From Candidatus Binatia bacterium (GTDB taxonomy: Bacteria > Desulfobacterota > Binatia > HRBIN30): 64,000 nt of DNA. The notes below the pieces were generated by a model. The model saw only the letters and a list, made by a program, of their open reading frames with translations, did not search any database and was not told the DNA's origin. The DNA lies in assembly GCA_038245295.1 (NCBI GenBank), contig JBBRSP010000027.1, positions 1-64,000 of the forward strand, given 5' to 3'. The stretch's first letter is position 1, and every line of letters starts with the position of its first letter. Made by a program: the position numbers and the translations under genes. Below, one piece after another: positions 9,668-19,849 of the stretch.

Positions 9668-10924
9668 ATGGAACGTTTTGGTCTCGATTTCGGTACGACG
9701 AACTCGTCGCTCGCCTGGGCACGCCGCGACGGCAGCGTCGAGCTCGTGCCGGTCGATGCGCGGGCCGACAACCAGCGCGTGCTGCGTAGCTTGCTGTACT
9801 TCTCGCCGGAACGCCGCGGCTTTGTCGTCGGCAGGCAGGCAATCGACGAGTATTTGCAGGAGGACATGCAGGGTACGCTAATCCAATCGATCAAGACGTT
9901 CCTTGCCGACGAGTCGTTCGAGCAGACGTGGATCTACGATCGTTTCTACAAACTCGAAGATCTCATCGCGGTGATCTTCCAACACATACGTCAGGCGATC
10001 CGCCGCACGACAGAGGATGACGTCACCCTGGTCATCGGTCGACCGGCGGTAAACGTAAACCGACCGGAGCGTGAGACGGTGGCGCAGGACCGTATGCGAC
10101 GCGCCGCGCAGCTGGCCGGGTTCTTCGATGTTGCCTACCAGTACGAGCCGATCGCGGCCGGGCTGGAATACGAGTCGACGCTGACCCACGCGGAGACCGT
10201 GCTCATCGGCGACTTCGGCGGTGGCACGTCGGACTTCACCGTCATGCGCCTCGGCACCGGCCATACCAACGACCGCCGCGACGACATTCTGGCGAGCGGC
10301 GGTGTACAGATCGCCGGTGACGCGTTCGACGAGCGGCTCATGTGGCACCGGCTGACCAAGTACTTCGGCGCCGGCAGCACCTACCGCTCCTTCGAGGGCC
10401 GCTCGATGCCGTTCCCCAAATCCTTGTTGGCGGTGCTTGGTGTCTGGCATCACATGTCGTTCCTGCGCAATTCAAAAACGCGCGAACAGATCGCACGCAT
10501 CCGCCATACTTCAAGTGATCCGCGCGTCATCGACGCCTTCGAGGCTCTTGTGGAAGGGAACTACGCGTTCTTCCTGTTCCAGGAGATCGAAAAGGCGAAG
10601 AGTCTGTTGTCCAGCGAGACTTCGACGCGCATCCGATTCGAACAGGACGTTATCCGTGTCGACGAGATCCTGACGCGTGCCGACTTCGAACAGATCATCG
10701 AAAGCGAGCGCGCCAAGATCGAGCGCTGCATGCTGGAAGTGTTGAATCTAAGCGGCGTGAAGCCGGCTGGTATCGATTCCGTCTTTCTGACCGGTGGTTC
10801 GGCGCAGATCCCGCTCGTGCGCCAGATGTTCGCCGATCACTTCGGTGCCGCGAAGCTCAAGTCGCAGGACTACCTAACCTCGGTGGCGATGGGACTGGGC
10901 CGCACGGCCGCGATGCTCACGTAG
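9668..10924 (+). CDS. Hsp70-family ATPase, YegD-like (no substrate-binding domain)
   Basis: GLDFGTTNS, YEPIAAG, DFGGGTSDF and VFLTGGSA. Confidence 0.9.
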   Translation: MERFGLDFGTTNSSLAWARRDGSVELVPVDARADNQRVLRSLLYFSPERRGFVVGRQAIDEYLQEDMQGTLIQSIKTFLADESFEQTWIYDRFYKLEDLIAVIFQHIRQAIRRTTEDDVTLVIGRPAVNVNRPERETVAQDRMRRAAQLAGFFDVAYQYEPIAAGLEYESTLTHAETVLIGDFGGGTSDFTVMRLGTGHTNDRRDDILASGGVQIAGDAFDERLMWHRLTKYFGAGSTYRSFEGRSMPFPKSLLAVLGVWHHMSFLRNSKTREQIARIRHTSSDPRVIDAFEALVEGNYAFFLFQEIEKAKSLLSSETSTRIRFEQDVIRVDEILTRADFEQIIESERAKIERCMLEVLNLSGVKPAGIDSVFLTGGSAQIPLVRQMFADHFGAAKLKSQDYLTSVAMGLGRTAAMLT

Positions 10925-10947
10925 GGCGGTTCGCGAACCGCCCCTAC
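10921..10947. repeat. GTAG-type REP palindrome, also a probable bidirectional terminator
   Basis: GTAGGGCGGTTCG|CGAACCGCCCCTAC is a near-perfect palindrome between convergent genes. Confidence 0.85.
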
Positions 10948-11477
10948 GGTTTCGGCGAGGCGTCACCCCGGGCAGCGAGTCGCTCGCGTAGCGCGGCGGG
11001 TGTGGTCACGAAGTCGATCTTCGTGATCCGCAGTCGATCAAGCTCGATCAGCGTGACCTCTTTCTCCTGCCGTGGCCAAGCACGTGTCAGTGTGCCGTCG
11101 CGATCGAGCAGCATGTCGTACTCCCGCCGCCGCATCGCCGGCATCGCGAACAGCGAGGTGATGACGCGCGGCATGCGGCTAATTTCGGCGACATAGACCG
11201 CCTGGGCGGCAAGCAGCTGCTCCTTGCCTTGCGCCTCGAGGGCTTCCTTGACCAGATCGTTGGCTCCCATGTCGGCGGAGAACAGGATGAGATGAACCGA
11301 CTCGTCGATCGTGTGCGGGTTGTCGCGCTGGTCGGTCATCGACAGCCGGCTCAGCGACACGCCTGGGGTCAGCAGCGTCGGCGGATCGTCCGCCGACGCG
11401 AGCGCCGGGACGAGGAGAATACACATAGCCGCAACGAAGAGGCTGACGAGACGCACATACCAATGACGGGCTTGCAT
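10944..11477 (-). CDS. Secreted hypothetical protein, probable thioredoxin-like fold without CxxC
   Basis: Signal peptide (..ALASA), DQ..PHTI and YVAEISRMP..ITSLFAMPAMR. GAGG RBS. Confidence 0.7.
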   Translation of the reverse strand: MQARHWYVRLVSLFVAAMCILLVPALASADDPPTLLTPGVSLSRLSMTDQRDNPHTIDESVHLILFSADMGANDLVKEALEAQGKEQLLAAQAVYVAEISRMPRVITSLFAMPAMRRREYDMLLDRDGTLTRAWPRQEKEVTLIELDRLRITKIDFVTTPAALRERLAARGDASPKP

Positions 11478-11571
11478 GGTGAACCTCTACCCGGCGGCGA
11501 ATGGGGAAGGAAGGGAGGGCCGCTATCGGAGCGCGGCACGGCGCCGGTCGAGCCCCGTTCCTGCTGAGCCG

Positions 11572-13962
11572 CTATTCGAGCAACACGGTAAAGCGATTGG
11601 CCGCAAACCCTCCCACCTGATCAACGCGCCGAATCACGTCGCGTAACTCTTCGGCGAACAGTCGGCGCCGTTCCATGACATCCACGGTGGGCTCGACCAG
11701 TGCGCGGTTGCGCGCCAGCTTCAATCCGGTTTCGAACAGCACCTTGGAAATCGATTCGGCGTTCCGGATGCGGCGCTGCAGATGATACTGCTTGCCGAGA
11801 CCGAGGCAGCGCTTGTGGAAGGCGGCTTCGTCGAGCGGCTTAACGCTACGCTCCAGAAGTAGAGCGTCGGCAACGACGCGATAGGCTTCGACGAACGGGC
11901 GTAGCACACGATGGGCGGCGTGCGGCCGTGATCGCAAGGCGAGCTCCCGGGCGCCGGCGGCACCACGTTGCAGGAACGACTCCCACTCGGCGTCCTGCGA
12001 CGCCAGCTCGTCCATCAGCTCGTCCCGGAAGCGATCCTTGTCGGCGAAGAAGAACTCGAACTTCAACAGGTCCCGCAGTTGCATCGCTTCGTTCCAAAAC
12101 GCCGCGGTGCCATCGCCAGGCTCGCCGTCGTTCGCCACTTTCAGGAGGCTGAGCTCGCAGATCGCCAGGTTGACGAAGAAGTGGATAATCGTGTTGCGAT
12201 AGTAAGCGGCAGCCAGATGTTGCTCCGGCCCGATGGAATACACTGGCGCGATGCCACCGTCGAAGCGCGACACGACGCCACTCTGGACGAGCACGTCGAG
12301 CGCACCGCGCACACCCTCGCGACTGGTCAGGTCGAAGCCACCGCTCGTCGGTAGCGGCCGGCGCTCGGCGTATTCGACCAGATTGTGCAGAGCGACCACC
12401 GCTTCATCGACCGTCAGCGCCCGGTCGGGAACACCCAGCAAGGCGAGTGTTACCAAGGAAGTTGGGGTCAACGGTGTGGCCCGGTTGATGCGCACCGACA
12501 CTTCGAAGGCCAGCTTCTGGAGTGCCAGACTGTCTTCGTCGGGATTCGGCTCGGCTTCTGGATTCGGCGGGCCGAGTTGCTCGGCCAGCGACACCGGGAT
12601 GCCGAAGCGAATGTGGATATTGCCGTAGCGTCGCCGCAAGCGCCGCACGACGCGCAGGAACCAGCCGAAGTTCTCGCGCTCCTTCGCACCGCCGCGCTGC
12701 TCGGTGGCGTAGTCGCCGACATCCGAGATCTGGTCGTAGGCGATCGACACCGGAATCAAAAACACATCTTCGCTTTTGCCGCGGCGGAACGCATCGACGA
12801 CATACGCGAGGATTCCAAACCGCGGCGGCAGGAGCTTGCCCGAGCGCGAGCGGCCGCCTTCGATGTACCACTCGAGCGGGAAGCGTTTCTCGATCAAGTA
12901 GTCGATGTATTGGCGCAGCACGAACTTGTAGGGCTCGTTGGCCTTGAAAGTCCGACGAATGAAGAAGACGCCGCTGCGGCGCATGAGCGGACCGACGCCG
13001 AAGAAATTCATGTTGATACCGCCAGCGGTGTGGTTCGGCGGATGGCCGTTCTCGTAGAGGGCGTACTGCAGGACGAGATGATCAAGGTTGGACTTATGCG
13101 ACGGCAGGAAGACCACCGGATGGCGCTGCGCTAACGAGTAGATCTGCGCCAGGCCGGCACGGTCGTAGTGAAGAGCGCCGTAGCCTTGGCGATACAAAAG
13201 ACGAATCAGGTTGGCGACGAGGTCGATGACATAGGTGCTGTGCGTCGCGGCGATCTCGTGCAAGTAGCGCGCGGCATCGCGCTTGACGGTCTCTTCGTCG
13301 CTGCCGACCTCGCGCGCCAGTCGCACGATGCCGCCGCGACAAGCCGGGCGATTCAAGATCTCTTCATGGACGAAGCGCGGAACCTTGTAACGCGCGCCCC
13401 GCAACCGACGCTCGGCGCGTTCGAGGGCGAGAGCCGCCTGACGCGCGACGAACTCCGCGACACCGACGGTCTGCGCCGCGTCCTTGTCGGCCGCGCTCTG
13501 CCAACGATGGCGTAACTCGGAGAGCGGCGCGGGTTCACCTGCAACGATGGCGACACGGTCGGGATGGCGCCGAATGATCCACCGTTGACGTAACGAGCCC
13601 GGGTCACGGGGATCGGCGAACGTCAGGAGATCACTGAATCGAGCGACGCGCACGCCGCCGCGTTGGGCGGGTTGCCACACGACTCGCAAGGGCGCCAGCA
13701 GCGGATCGTCGCCGACGGCCAGGGCCGCTTCGAGGCGCGGATCGAGTTTGCGCTGGTAGCGCCGCCGCGACGATGGGATCGTAAGGGCCTCATCCGTTCG
13801 CGGCGCGCCACTTGGGCGGTGGTCGTCGATCCACTCTTTGAGGAGTTCCTCTTCAAAAGAGCTACTGGCGTCGAGGAGAAAGAGCACGCGGTGCCCGGGC
13901 GTGTCCGGCCATAGGGCGTTCGGCGCGCTGGGGACGGAGGGCGTCTGTTCAGGATCATCCAC
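11572..13962 (-). CDS. plsB: Glycerol-3-phosphate acyltransferase (PlsB, mycobacterial-type)
   Basis: HKSNLD (HxxxxD), FFIRR, YIEGGRSRSGK, IPVSIAYD and a C-terminal AAYYRN motif. Confidence 0.9.
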   Translation of the reverse strand: MDDPEQTPSVPSAPNALWPDTPGHRVLFLLDASSSFEEELLKEWIDDHRPSGAPRTDEALTIPSSRRRYQRKLDPRLEAALAVGDDPLLAPLRVVWQPAQRGGVRVARFSDLLTFADPRDPGSLRQRWIIRRHPDRVAIVAGEPAPLSELRHRWQSAADKDAAQTVGVAEFVARQAALALERAERRLRGARYKVPRFVHEEILNRPACRGGIVRLAREVGSDEETVKRDAARYLHEIAATHSTYVIDLVANLIRLLYRQGYGALHYDRAGLAQIYSLAQRHPVVFLPSHKSNLDHLVLQYALYENGHPPNHTAGGINMNFFGVGPLMRRSGVFFIRRTFKANEPYKFVLRQYIDYLIEKRFPLEWYIEGGRSRSGKLLPPRFGILAYVVDAFRRGKSEDVFLIPVSIAYDQISDVGDYATEQRGGAKERENFGWFLRVVRRLRRRYGNIHIRFGIPVSLAEQLGPPNPEAEPNPDEDSLALQKLAFEVSVRINRATPLTPTSLVTLALLGVPDRALTVDEAVVALHNLVEYAERRPLPTSGGFDLTSREGVRGALDVLVQSGVVSRFDGGIAPVYSIGPEQHLAAAYYRNTIIHFFVNLAICELSLLKVANDGEPGDGTAAFWNEAMQLRDLLKFEFFFADKDRFRDELMDELASQDAEWESFLQRGAAGARELALRSRPHAAHRVLRPFVEAYRVVADALLLERSVKPLDEAAFHKRCLGLGKQYHLQRRIRNAESISKVLFETGLKLARNRALVEPTVDVMERRRLFAEELRDVIRRVDQVGGFAANRFTVLLE

Positions 13963-14049
13963 GCCGGGCCTCTTACGACGTTGTGGGGCCGGACCGCAAT
14001 TGCTTTCCGGGTAGCGTCACCCAAGACGGTTCGTTACTGTCGCGACCCT

Positions 14050-15360
14050 GTGGCGGCGACAAAGCTTGGTTCTAACTCGCACGGCGCGCGACCGTGGTGG
14101 ACACGTGTCCTGCCATTTATCCGTCGCCCAGCCGGTGTCACTCCGCACCAACAACGCATTCTCGGCGTTCTTGGCGCCGCCAATCTGATCGACGGTTACG
14201 ACCAGGCCATCCTCGGCTTGGCGCTGACGCAGATCCAAGATGGCCTGGGCATCGCCGAGTCCGAAGTCGGTGCGCTGATCTCGATCGTTCGTCTAGGCGT
14301 TCTATTGGCGCTGGTGCTGACGGCCCTGGCCGACGGCATGGGCCGTCGCCGACTCGTTCTCGTGACGATCATCGGCTTCACGGTCGCGACCTTCCTCACA
14401 GCGTTTGCCAGGACGCCGGCGCAATTCGCCATCTGCCAGTTCGTGGCGCGTATCTTCGTGGCGGCGGAGAGCATGCTGGCCATCGTCATCATCGCCGAAG
14501 AATTCGATGCGTCGACCCGCGGTTGGGGCATCGGTGTGTTCGGAGCGCTCGGGGCACTTGGGCATGGACTGGCGGCCATGATGTTCTCGTTCGTCAATCT
14601 GCTGCCGTTCGGTTGGCGCATGCTTTACGTGCTCGGGGTGATTCCACTGCTCACGATCGCCTGGTTCCGTCGTTCGCTAAAGGAGACGCGCCGCTTCACA
14701 GACTACAAAGAGAAAAACCCCGGCGGCAGCAGTCTGGTCGACGTGATGCGACCGTTTCGCCATTTGTTCCGCATGTACCCCGGTCGGCTACTGGCATTAT
14801 GCGCCGCCCTGTTTCCTCTCGCCTTCGCCATGGAAACGGCAACCATCTTCGTTCCAAAAACCCTGCAAGATGTCCACGGCTACACTCCCGGGCAGGTGGC
14901 GCTGTTGTTCTTCACCGCTGGGATCACAGCGCCACTCGGGAGCGTCATCGCTGGCACGATGGGGGATCGCTTTGGCCGCAAGCGCATCATGATCGTCGGC
15001 AGCATCGTCAACGCCGGCGCCACGGCGCTCTTCTACAATACGGCCGGCTGGTGGATTCCACCGCTCTGGAGTCTGATGTTGCTGTCCCTGACGATGACGC
15101 TTACTTTATTCGCCGCCGTCGGCAGCGAGTTGTTCCCGACTTCCTACCGCTCGACCGCCTCCGGGGTGCGCGCCGTGGTGTCGACGCTCGGTGCGGCGCT
15201 TGGATTGTTCGCGGAAGGATTCCTGTACAACCTCACGGGCAGCCATGCCGCGGCGATCACCTGGATGCTGCTGGCCACACCACTCGGTCCTGTGATTGTT
15301 GGGCTCTTCGTGCCGGAAACCGCGAATCAGGAGTTGGAGGAGATTGCCCCTGAGCGATAG
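14050..15360 (+). CDS. MFS transporter (start uncertain, 13981-14050)
   Basis: About 12 hydrophobic segments, ADGMGRRR and GDRFGRKR loops, ELFPTSYR and PET motifs. Confidence 0.92.
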   Translation: MAATKLGSNSHGARPWWTRVLPFIRRPAGVTPHQQRILGVLGAANLIDGYDQAILGLALTQIQDGLGIAESEVGALISIVRLGVLLALVLTALADGMGRRRLVLVTIIGFTVATFLTAFARTPAQFAICQFVARIFVAAESMLAIVIIAEEFDASTRGWGIGVFGALGALGHGLAAMMFSFVNLLPFGWRMLYVLGVIPLLTIAWFRRSLKETRRFTDYKEKNPGGSSLVDVMRPFRHLFRMYPGRLLALCAALFPLAFAMETATIFVPKTLQDVHGYTPGQVALLFFTAGITAPLGSVIAGTMGDRFGRKRIMIVGSIVNAGATALFYNTAGWWIPPLWSLMLLSLTMTLTLFAAVGSELFPTSYRSTASGVRAVVSTLGAALGLFAEGFLYNLTGSHAAAITWMLLATPLGPVIVGLFVPETANQELEEIAPER

Positions 15361-15370
15361 GCAGTACTCT

Positions 15371-15448
15371 TGCCTTTGCCCGTGCGGTTGCCCTTGGCGG
15401 GGTTTGGCGAACGGAACTCGAGTGATGGGGCGCGGCAGGGCACGGACA
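15371..15448. repeat. Degenerate 6-bp period inverted repeat (TGCCCN ... NGGGCA)
   Basis: tgcctt tgcccg tgcggt tgccct on the left and ggggcg..agggca cggaca on the right. Same unit as 27957-28024. Confidence 0.5.
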
Positions 15449-15467
15449 AACACTTTGGAGGATCCGG

Positions 15468-16394
15468 ATGAGTATCAAGATCGGAATCGGATTCGGCGGT
15501 GGTCGCCTGGGGTTGCCGACACCGGAGCAGGTCTGTGGTTTCGCCGAACGTGCCGAGGATCTGGGCATCGACTCGATCTGGCTATCCGACCGCATCTCAT
15601 CGCGCCAGCCGCATCTCGATATCGCCTGCGTCATGGCAATGTTCGCGGCGCGCACCAAACGCATAAAGATGGGGCCGAGTGTACTCACTCTGCCGGCGCG
15701 TGATCCCGTGCAGGTGGCGCGTACCTATGCCACGCTCGACTACCTGACCGGCAGCTGCGGGCGGGTCATCATGGCCGTCGGACTCGGCAGCGATCCGAAA
15801 GAGTGTCTCGCCTGCGGCATTGCGCCGGAAGAGCGCGGCGCCCGAATGGAAGAAGGCGTTGCCGTGATGCGTCGGCTGTGGGCCGAAGAACGCGTCAGCC
15901 ATCACGGGCGATTCTACAATTTCGACGAAGTGTCGATCGCCCCGCGTCCGCTGCGCGGCGGGCTCGACGTCTGGATAGGCGGACGCAGTGACATCGCCAT
16001 CAAACGCACGGCGCGATACGGCAACGGCTGGTTTCCGTCGTTCATCACGCCAAGCGAGTTCAAAAGCGGCATGGCAAAGCTGCAGGAGTATGCCTCCGGT
16101 TACGGCCGGACGGTCGACCGCCGCGAGGCCGGCGTTGTCTTGTTGACGCACATCACCGATGACGCGGCGCAGGCCGAGCAGCTAAAGGAATTGGTGGCGC
16201 GCGGCTTGCCGGCCAACGCGACGGGAGAGGGGAGTCGTGTCGCCGTTGGCCCCGCGGAAGTCTGCGTGGCGCAGATCCGGGAGTACGTCGACGCGGGTTG
16301 CACCAAGTTCGTCCTCTTTCCGTTGGCTCCGCCCGATCAGTTGATTGCGCAGATCGAAAGGTTCGGGCAACAGATCATCCCGCGCTTCGCGTGA
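15468..16394 (+). CDS. LLM-class (luciferase-like) flavin/F420-dependent oxidoreductase
   Basis: AEDLGIDSIWLSD, HHGRFYNF, VWIGG and RTARYGNGWFP. GGAGG RBS. Confidence 0.92.
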   Translation: MSIKIGIGFGGGRLGLPTPEQVCGFAERAEDLGIDSIWLSDRISSRQPHLDIACVMAMFAARTKRIKMGPSVLTLPARDPVQVARTYATLDYLTGSCGRVIMAVGLGSDPKECLACGIAPEERGARMEEGVAVMRRLWAEERVSHHGRFYNFDEVSIAPRPLRGGLDVWIGGRSDIAIKRTARYGNGWFPSFITPSEFKSGMAKLQEYASGYGRTVDRREAGVVLLTHITDDAAQAEQLKELVARGLPANATGEGSRVAVGPAEVCVAQIREYVDAGCTKFVLFPLAPPDQLIAQIERFGQQIIPRFA

Positions 16395-16471
16395 AGCAGT
16401 GGTGGTCCCTGGACAGGGCTGTTATCTGCGGCGGCCGGTTGCTCCGGCTTAGTCGAGAAAGGATCAGAGGA

Positions 16472-16903
16472 ATGAAGAAGGCGATAGGCATTCTGGTAGT
16501 GCTCGAGCTTCTCGTGGCGGCGCTGCCGCGAGGCAGCATGGCCCAGGCGACACCGACGCCGCTCTTCAATATGGCGAATACACCGCCGGCGGGAGAAGCC
16601 TTGCCGATGCCAACGACGGCAGTTGGGCTGGTGACGATGAAAAACCTCCAAGGGCTGTGGCGGATGGTGGATCACGAGGACACGTTATTCTTCAAGGAGA
16701 AGCAGCGGTTGTCGATCACCAGCCCGATGGTTTCCCTTGAGGCGTACTACACGGTCAACAACGGCGGTGAGTTGGAAATCCAGATGGGTCTGCCGAGCGT
16801 CCCGCGTGTCGTTCGTACGGTGAAGTTTCCTGATGGTGACACGCTGTCGCTGACCGACGTGAAGAACGGTAACCTGACCATCGAGTACAAACGGGTAAAG
16901 TGA
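16472..16903 (+). CDS. Secreted hypothetical protein, possibly a lipocalin-like beta-barrel
   Basis: MKK plus hydrophobic signal peptide, LQGLW (GxW) motif, beta-rich, ends YKRVK. GAGG RBS. Confidence 0.65.
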   Translation: MKKAIGILVVLELLVAALPRGSMAQATPTPLFNMANTPPAGEALPMPTTAVGLVTMKNLQGLWRMVDHEDTLFFKEKQRLSITSPMVSLEAYYTVNNGGELEIQMGLPSVPRVVRTVKFPDGDTLSLTDVKNGNLTIEYKRVK

Positions 16904-16910
16904 GGAGAAC

Positions 16911-17276
16911 ATGCCGAGACTCATCGACAAACCCACACGGATTACGGCGGCCGGCAACAAGCCGAAGTTAATCGACGAGTACGTCGGTCGGGTGAACTCG
17001 ACGACCGATGCCTTGAGTGTGGCGCACATGCGCTCGCCGGGCGGCTGGGTAGAGCCGGGACAACGGCCGGAGTTCGCCGAGTTCACTATCGTGCTGCGTG
17101 GGCTGCTCCGTGTCGAATCGGAGGGCAGCCCGATTGACGTCCCTGCCGGCCAAGCGGTGATCACGGCGCCGGGCGAGTGGGTGCGCTACAGCACGCCGCA
17201 TGACGACGGGGCGGAGTACGTTGCCGTGTGTCTCCCGGCGTTCAGCCCGGCCACGGTGCACCGCGACCCGGAGTGA
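16911..17276 (+). CDS. Cupin domain protein
   Basis: EPGQRPEFAEFTIVLRG, VPAGQAV and GEWVRYSTP. GAGGAG RBS. Confidence 0.88.
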   Translation: MPRLIDKPTRITAAGNKPKLIDEYVGRVNSTTDALSVAHMRSPGGWVEPGQRPEFAEFTIVLRGLLRVESEGSPIDVPAGQAVITAPGEWVRYSTPHDDGAEYVAVCLPAFSPATVHRDPE

Positions 17277-17316
17277 CGGGTGTCTCGTTGGTGAGGAATA
17301 TGGAGTGGTGGAGCGG

Positions 17317-19485
17317 ATGGCGGATCTTCTTTCAGGATTGAATCCAATGCAGCAGCAGGCGGTGCTGCATGAATCGGGACCGCTGCTGATCCTGGCCGGC
17401 GCCGGATCAGGCAAGACGCGGGCGATCACCCACCGCATCGCGCACCTGATCGGCAATCGCGACGTCCCGCCATGGCGAATCCTGGCGGTCACCTTCACCA
17501 ACAAGGCGGCCGGTGAGCTGCGCGAACGCGTCGAACGTCTGATCGGTGATAGCGACCCGCCCTGGGTTTCCACCTTCCACTCGGCCTGCGTACGCATCTT
17601 GCGGCGCGACATCGAGCCGCTCGGTTACACGCGTGACTTCGTCATCTACGACGACCAGGATCAGGAGCGCCTCCTCAAAGAGTGCATGCGCGACCTCGAC
17701 GTACCCGAGTCGATGACGGCGCGTCAGATCTCCGGGCGTATCGACTCGGCGAAGAACCGCGGCCTGACTCCCGAACGTTATGCGCAGAACGTTCCCGGCG
17801 GCGATCTGGTCGGCGAAATCTACGGACGGTACGAGAGCAAAATGCGGCGCGCCAACGCGCTCGACTTCGGCGATCTGCTGGTGTGCACCTTGCGCCTTTT
17901 CGAGGAACATCCGCACGTCCTCGACAAATATCGTGAGCGTTTATGGCACGTGCTCGTCGACGAGTACCAGGATACAAATCGCGTACAATACCGGCTGACG
18001 AACCTACTGGCGGCGGGTAAGCGGAACCTTTGTGTCGTCGGCGACGAAGACCAGTCGATCTATCGCTGGCGCGGCGCCGAGATCAGCAACATCCTCGACT
18101 TTGAACGCGACTACACCGATGCGACGGTGATTCGCCTCGAACAGAACTATCGCTCGAGCGGGACGATCCTGGACGCCGCCGGCGCGGTCGTGGCGCAGAA
18201 CACACAGCGTAAAGGCAAGACGCTGTGGACCGAGAACGGCCGCGGCGACAAGGTGACGCTGGCTGTCCTCGAGGACGAAGCGGACGAAGCCCGTTGGGTC
18301 GCCGGCGAGATCTTGCGTCTGCAGAGGCAGGGCCGGCCACTGCGTGAATGCGCCATCTTCTACCGCGCCAATGCACAGTCGCGAGCCATCGAAGAGATTC
18401 TGGCGCAGAATCGCATCCCGTATGCGTTGGTAGGAGGCATCAAGTTCTTCGGTCGTGCTGAGGTGAAGGACATCCTGGCGTATCTGCGGCTGCTGGTGAA
18501 TCCGGCGGACACCGTCGCCGCCAAACGCATCATTAATGTTCCAGCGCGTGGCATCGGCGGTACGACCATCGAACGCATCGAGGAGCTCGAGGACGAAGTT
18601 GGTGGATTCCTGGCGGCCTGCCGCGCGTCCATTCAGCGTAAGACATTGAAGAGTGCGGCGGCCGAGAAGGTTCAGGCCTTTCTGAAGCTTATCGATGGCT
18701 TCGCCGAGATGCTGCGCAGCGGGATTGGATTTGCCGAGTTGGCGGCTCGCATCGTCGAGCAGACCGGCTACGGCCCGACGTTGCGCGAGGACAATTCCTC
18801 CGAAGCGCAGGAACGTTTGCAGAACGTCGACGAGCTCCTCGCCGGAATGGAGCACTCGGTTGCCGGCGGCAAGACGTTGCACGAGTACCTCGAAGAAGTC
18901 GCCCTGGTGACCGACATCGACCGACTCGATCGTTCGGCCGATCGGCTGACGCTGATGACCCTGCATGCCGCCAAGGGCCTCGAATTTCCGATTGTGTTCA
19001 TGGTGGCGATGGAAGACGGCCTGTTCCCGCATTCAAACAAGCAAGACGACGATCTCGAGGAGGAGCGCCGCCTCTGCTACGTCGGCATGACTCGCGCGAT
19101 GACCAAGCTGTACATGACACGGGCCAATCGGCGTCGCGTCTTCGGCGAGTACAAGAATAATTCCGGAAGCCGTTTCCTCGAGGAGATTCCGGTCGAGCTC
19201 GTGCACGAGGTTGGCAATCAGTCCCGCAAATGGGAGCAGGCCCGGCGCCAGACCCAGCGCTTCGAAGCGCCACCGGCACCGCGAGCCAAGATTCCCTCGA
19301 GCGAAGTGTACGTAGAGTACGACGATGGGCTGCGCGTCGGGCGCAAGGTTCAACACGCCAGCTTCGGCATTGGCACCGTGCAGCTGCTGGAAGGGGCAGG
19401 CGATCAGCAGAAGGCGACGGTTATGTTCCCAACCTTTGGCCGCAAGAAACTGCTGGTGAAATTCGCCGGCCTGCAGCCGGCCTAG
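17317..19485 (+). CDS. pcrA: ATP-dependent DNA helicase PcrA/UvrD
   Basis: LAGAGSGKT, TFTNKAA, VDEYQDTN, LEQNYRS, TLHAAKGLEF, EERRLCYVGMTRA and a C-terminal Tudor-like domain. Confidence 0.96.
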   Translation: MADLLSGLNPMQQQAVLHESGPLLILAGAGSGKTRAITHRIAHLIGNRDVPPWRILAVTFTNKAAGELRERVERLIGDSDPPWVSTFHSACVRILRRDIEPLGYTRDFVIYDDQDQERLLKECMRDLDVPESMTARQISGRIDSAKNRGLTPERYAQNVPGGDLVGEIYGRYESKMRRANALDFGDLLVCTLRLFEEHPHVLDKYRERLWHVLVDEYQDTNRVQYRLTNLLAAGKRNLCVVGDEDQSIYRWRGAEISNILDFERDYTDATVIRLEQNYRSSGTILDAAGAVVAQNTQRKGKTLWTENGRGDKVTLAVLEDEADEARWVAGEILRLQRQGRPLRECAIFYRANAQSRAIEEILAQNRIPYALVGGIKFFGRAEVKDILAYLRLLVNPADTVAAKRIINVPARGIGGTTIERIEELEDEVGGFLAACRASIQRKTLKSAAAEKVQAFLKLIDGFAEMLRSGIGFAELAARIVEQTGYGPTLREDNSSEAQERLQNVDELLAGMEHSVAGGKTLHEYLEEVALVTDIDRLDRSADRLTLMTLHAAKGLEFPIVFMVAMEDGLFPHSNKQDDDLEEERRLCYVGMTRAMTKLYMTRANRRRVFGEYKNNSGSRFLEEIPVELVHEVGNQSRKWEQARRQTQRFEAPPAPRAKIPSSEVYVEYDDGLRVGRKVQHASFGIGTVQLLEGAGDQQKATVMFPTFGRKKLLVKFAGLQPA

Positions 19486-19490
19486 CGACA

Positions 19491-19844
19491 TTAGGGCAGC
19501 CGCTGTTGCAGCTCAATCCGATTGCCGTCGGGGTCACGCGTGAAGAAGCGGACGATACCGGGAACCGCGCGCTCTGTCTCTACCGGCGCCGCGAGCGCTT
19601 CAACGACGCGTCGCGCCGCATCGAGATCATCGACCAACACGGCGAAGTGATGCCGGCCCAGAGGTTTGGATGGCCCCGTCGACAGGTGAATCTGCGTCCC
19701 ATCGGGAATCCTGAACCAGGCGCCGCTGCGGCCGGGCGTGCCGGCGCGCTGGATCTCCTCGAGGCCGAGGGCGCGATAGAACAGCAGGGATCGGTCGAGA
19801 TCGGATACCTCGACATTGACGTGCAGCAACGATGAGATGCGCAT
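19491..19844 (-). CDS. VOC/glyoxalase family protein
   Basis: LHVNVEVSDLDRSLLFY, HFAVLVDD and RDPDGNRIEL. Start at MRISS. Confidence 0.9.
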   Translation of the reverse strand: MRISSLLHVNVEVSDLDRSLLFYRALGLEEIQRAGTPGRSGAWFRIPDGTQIHLSTGPSKPLGRHHFAVLVDDLDAARRVVEALAAPVETERAVPGIVRFFTRDPDGNRIELQQRLP

Positions 19845-19849
19845 GCTGT

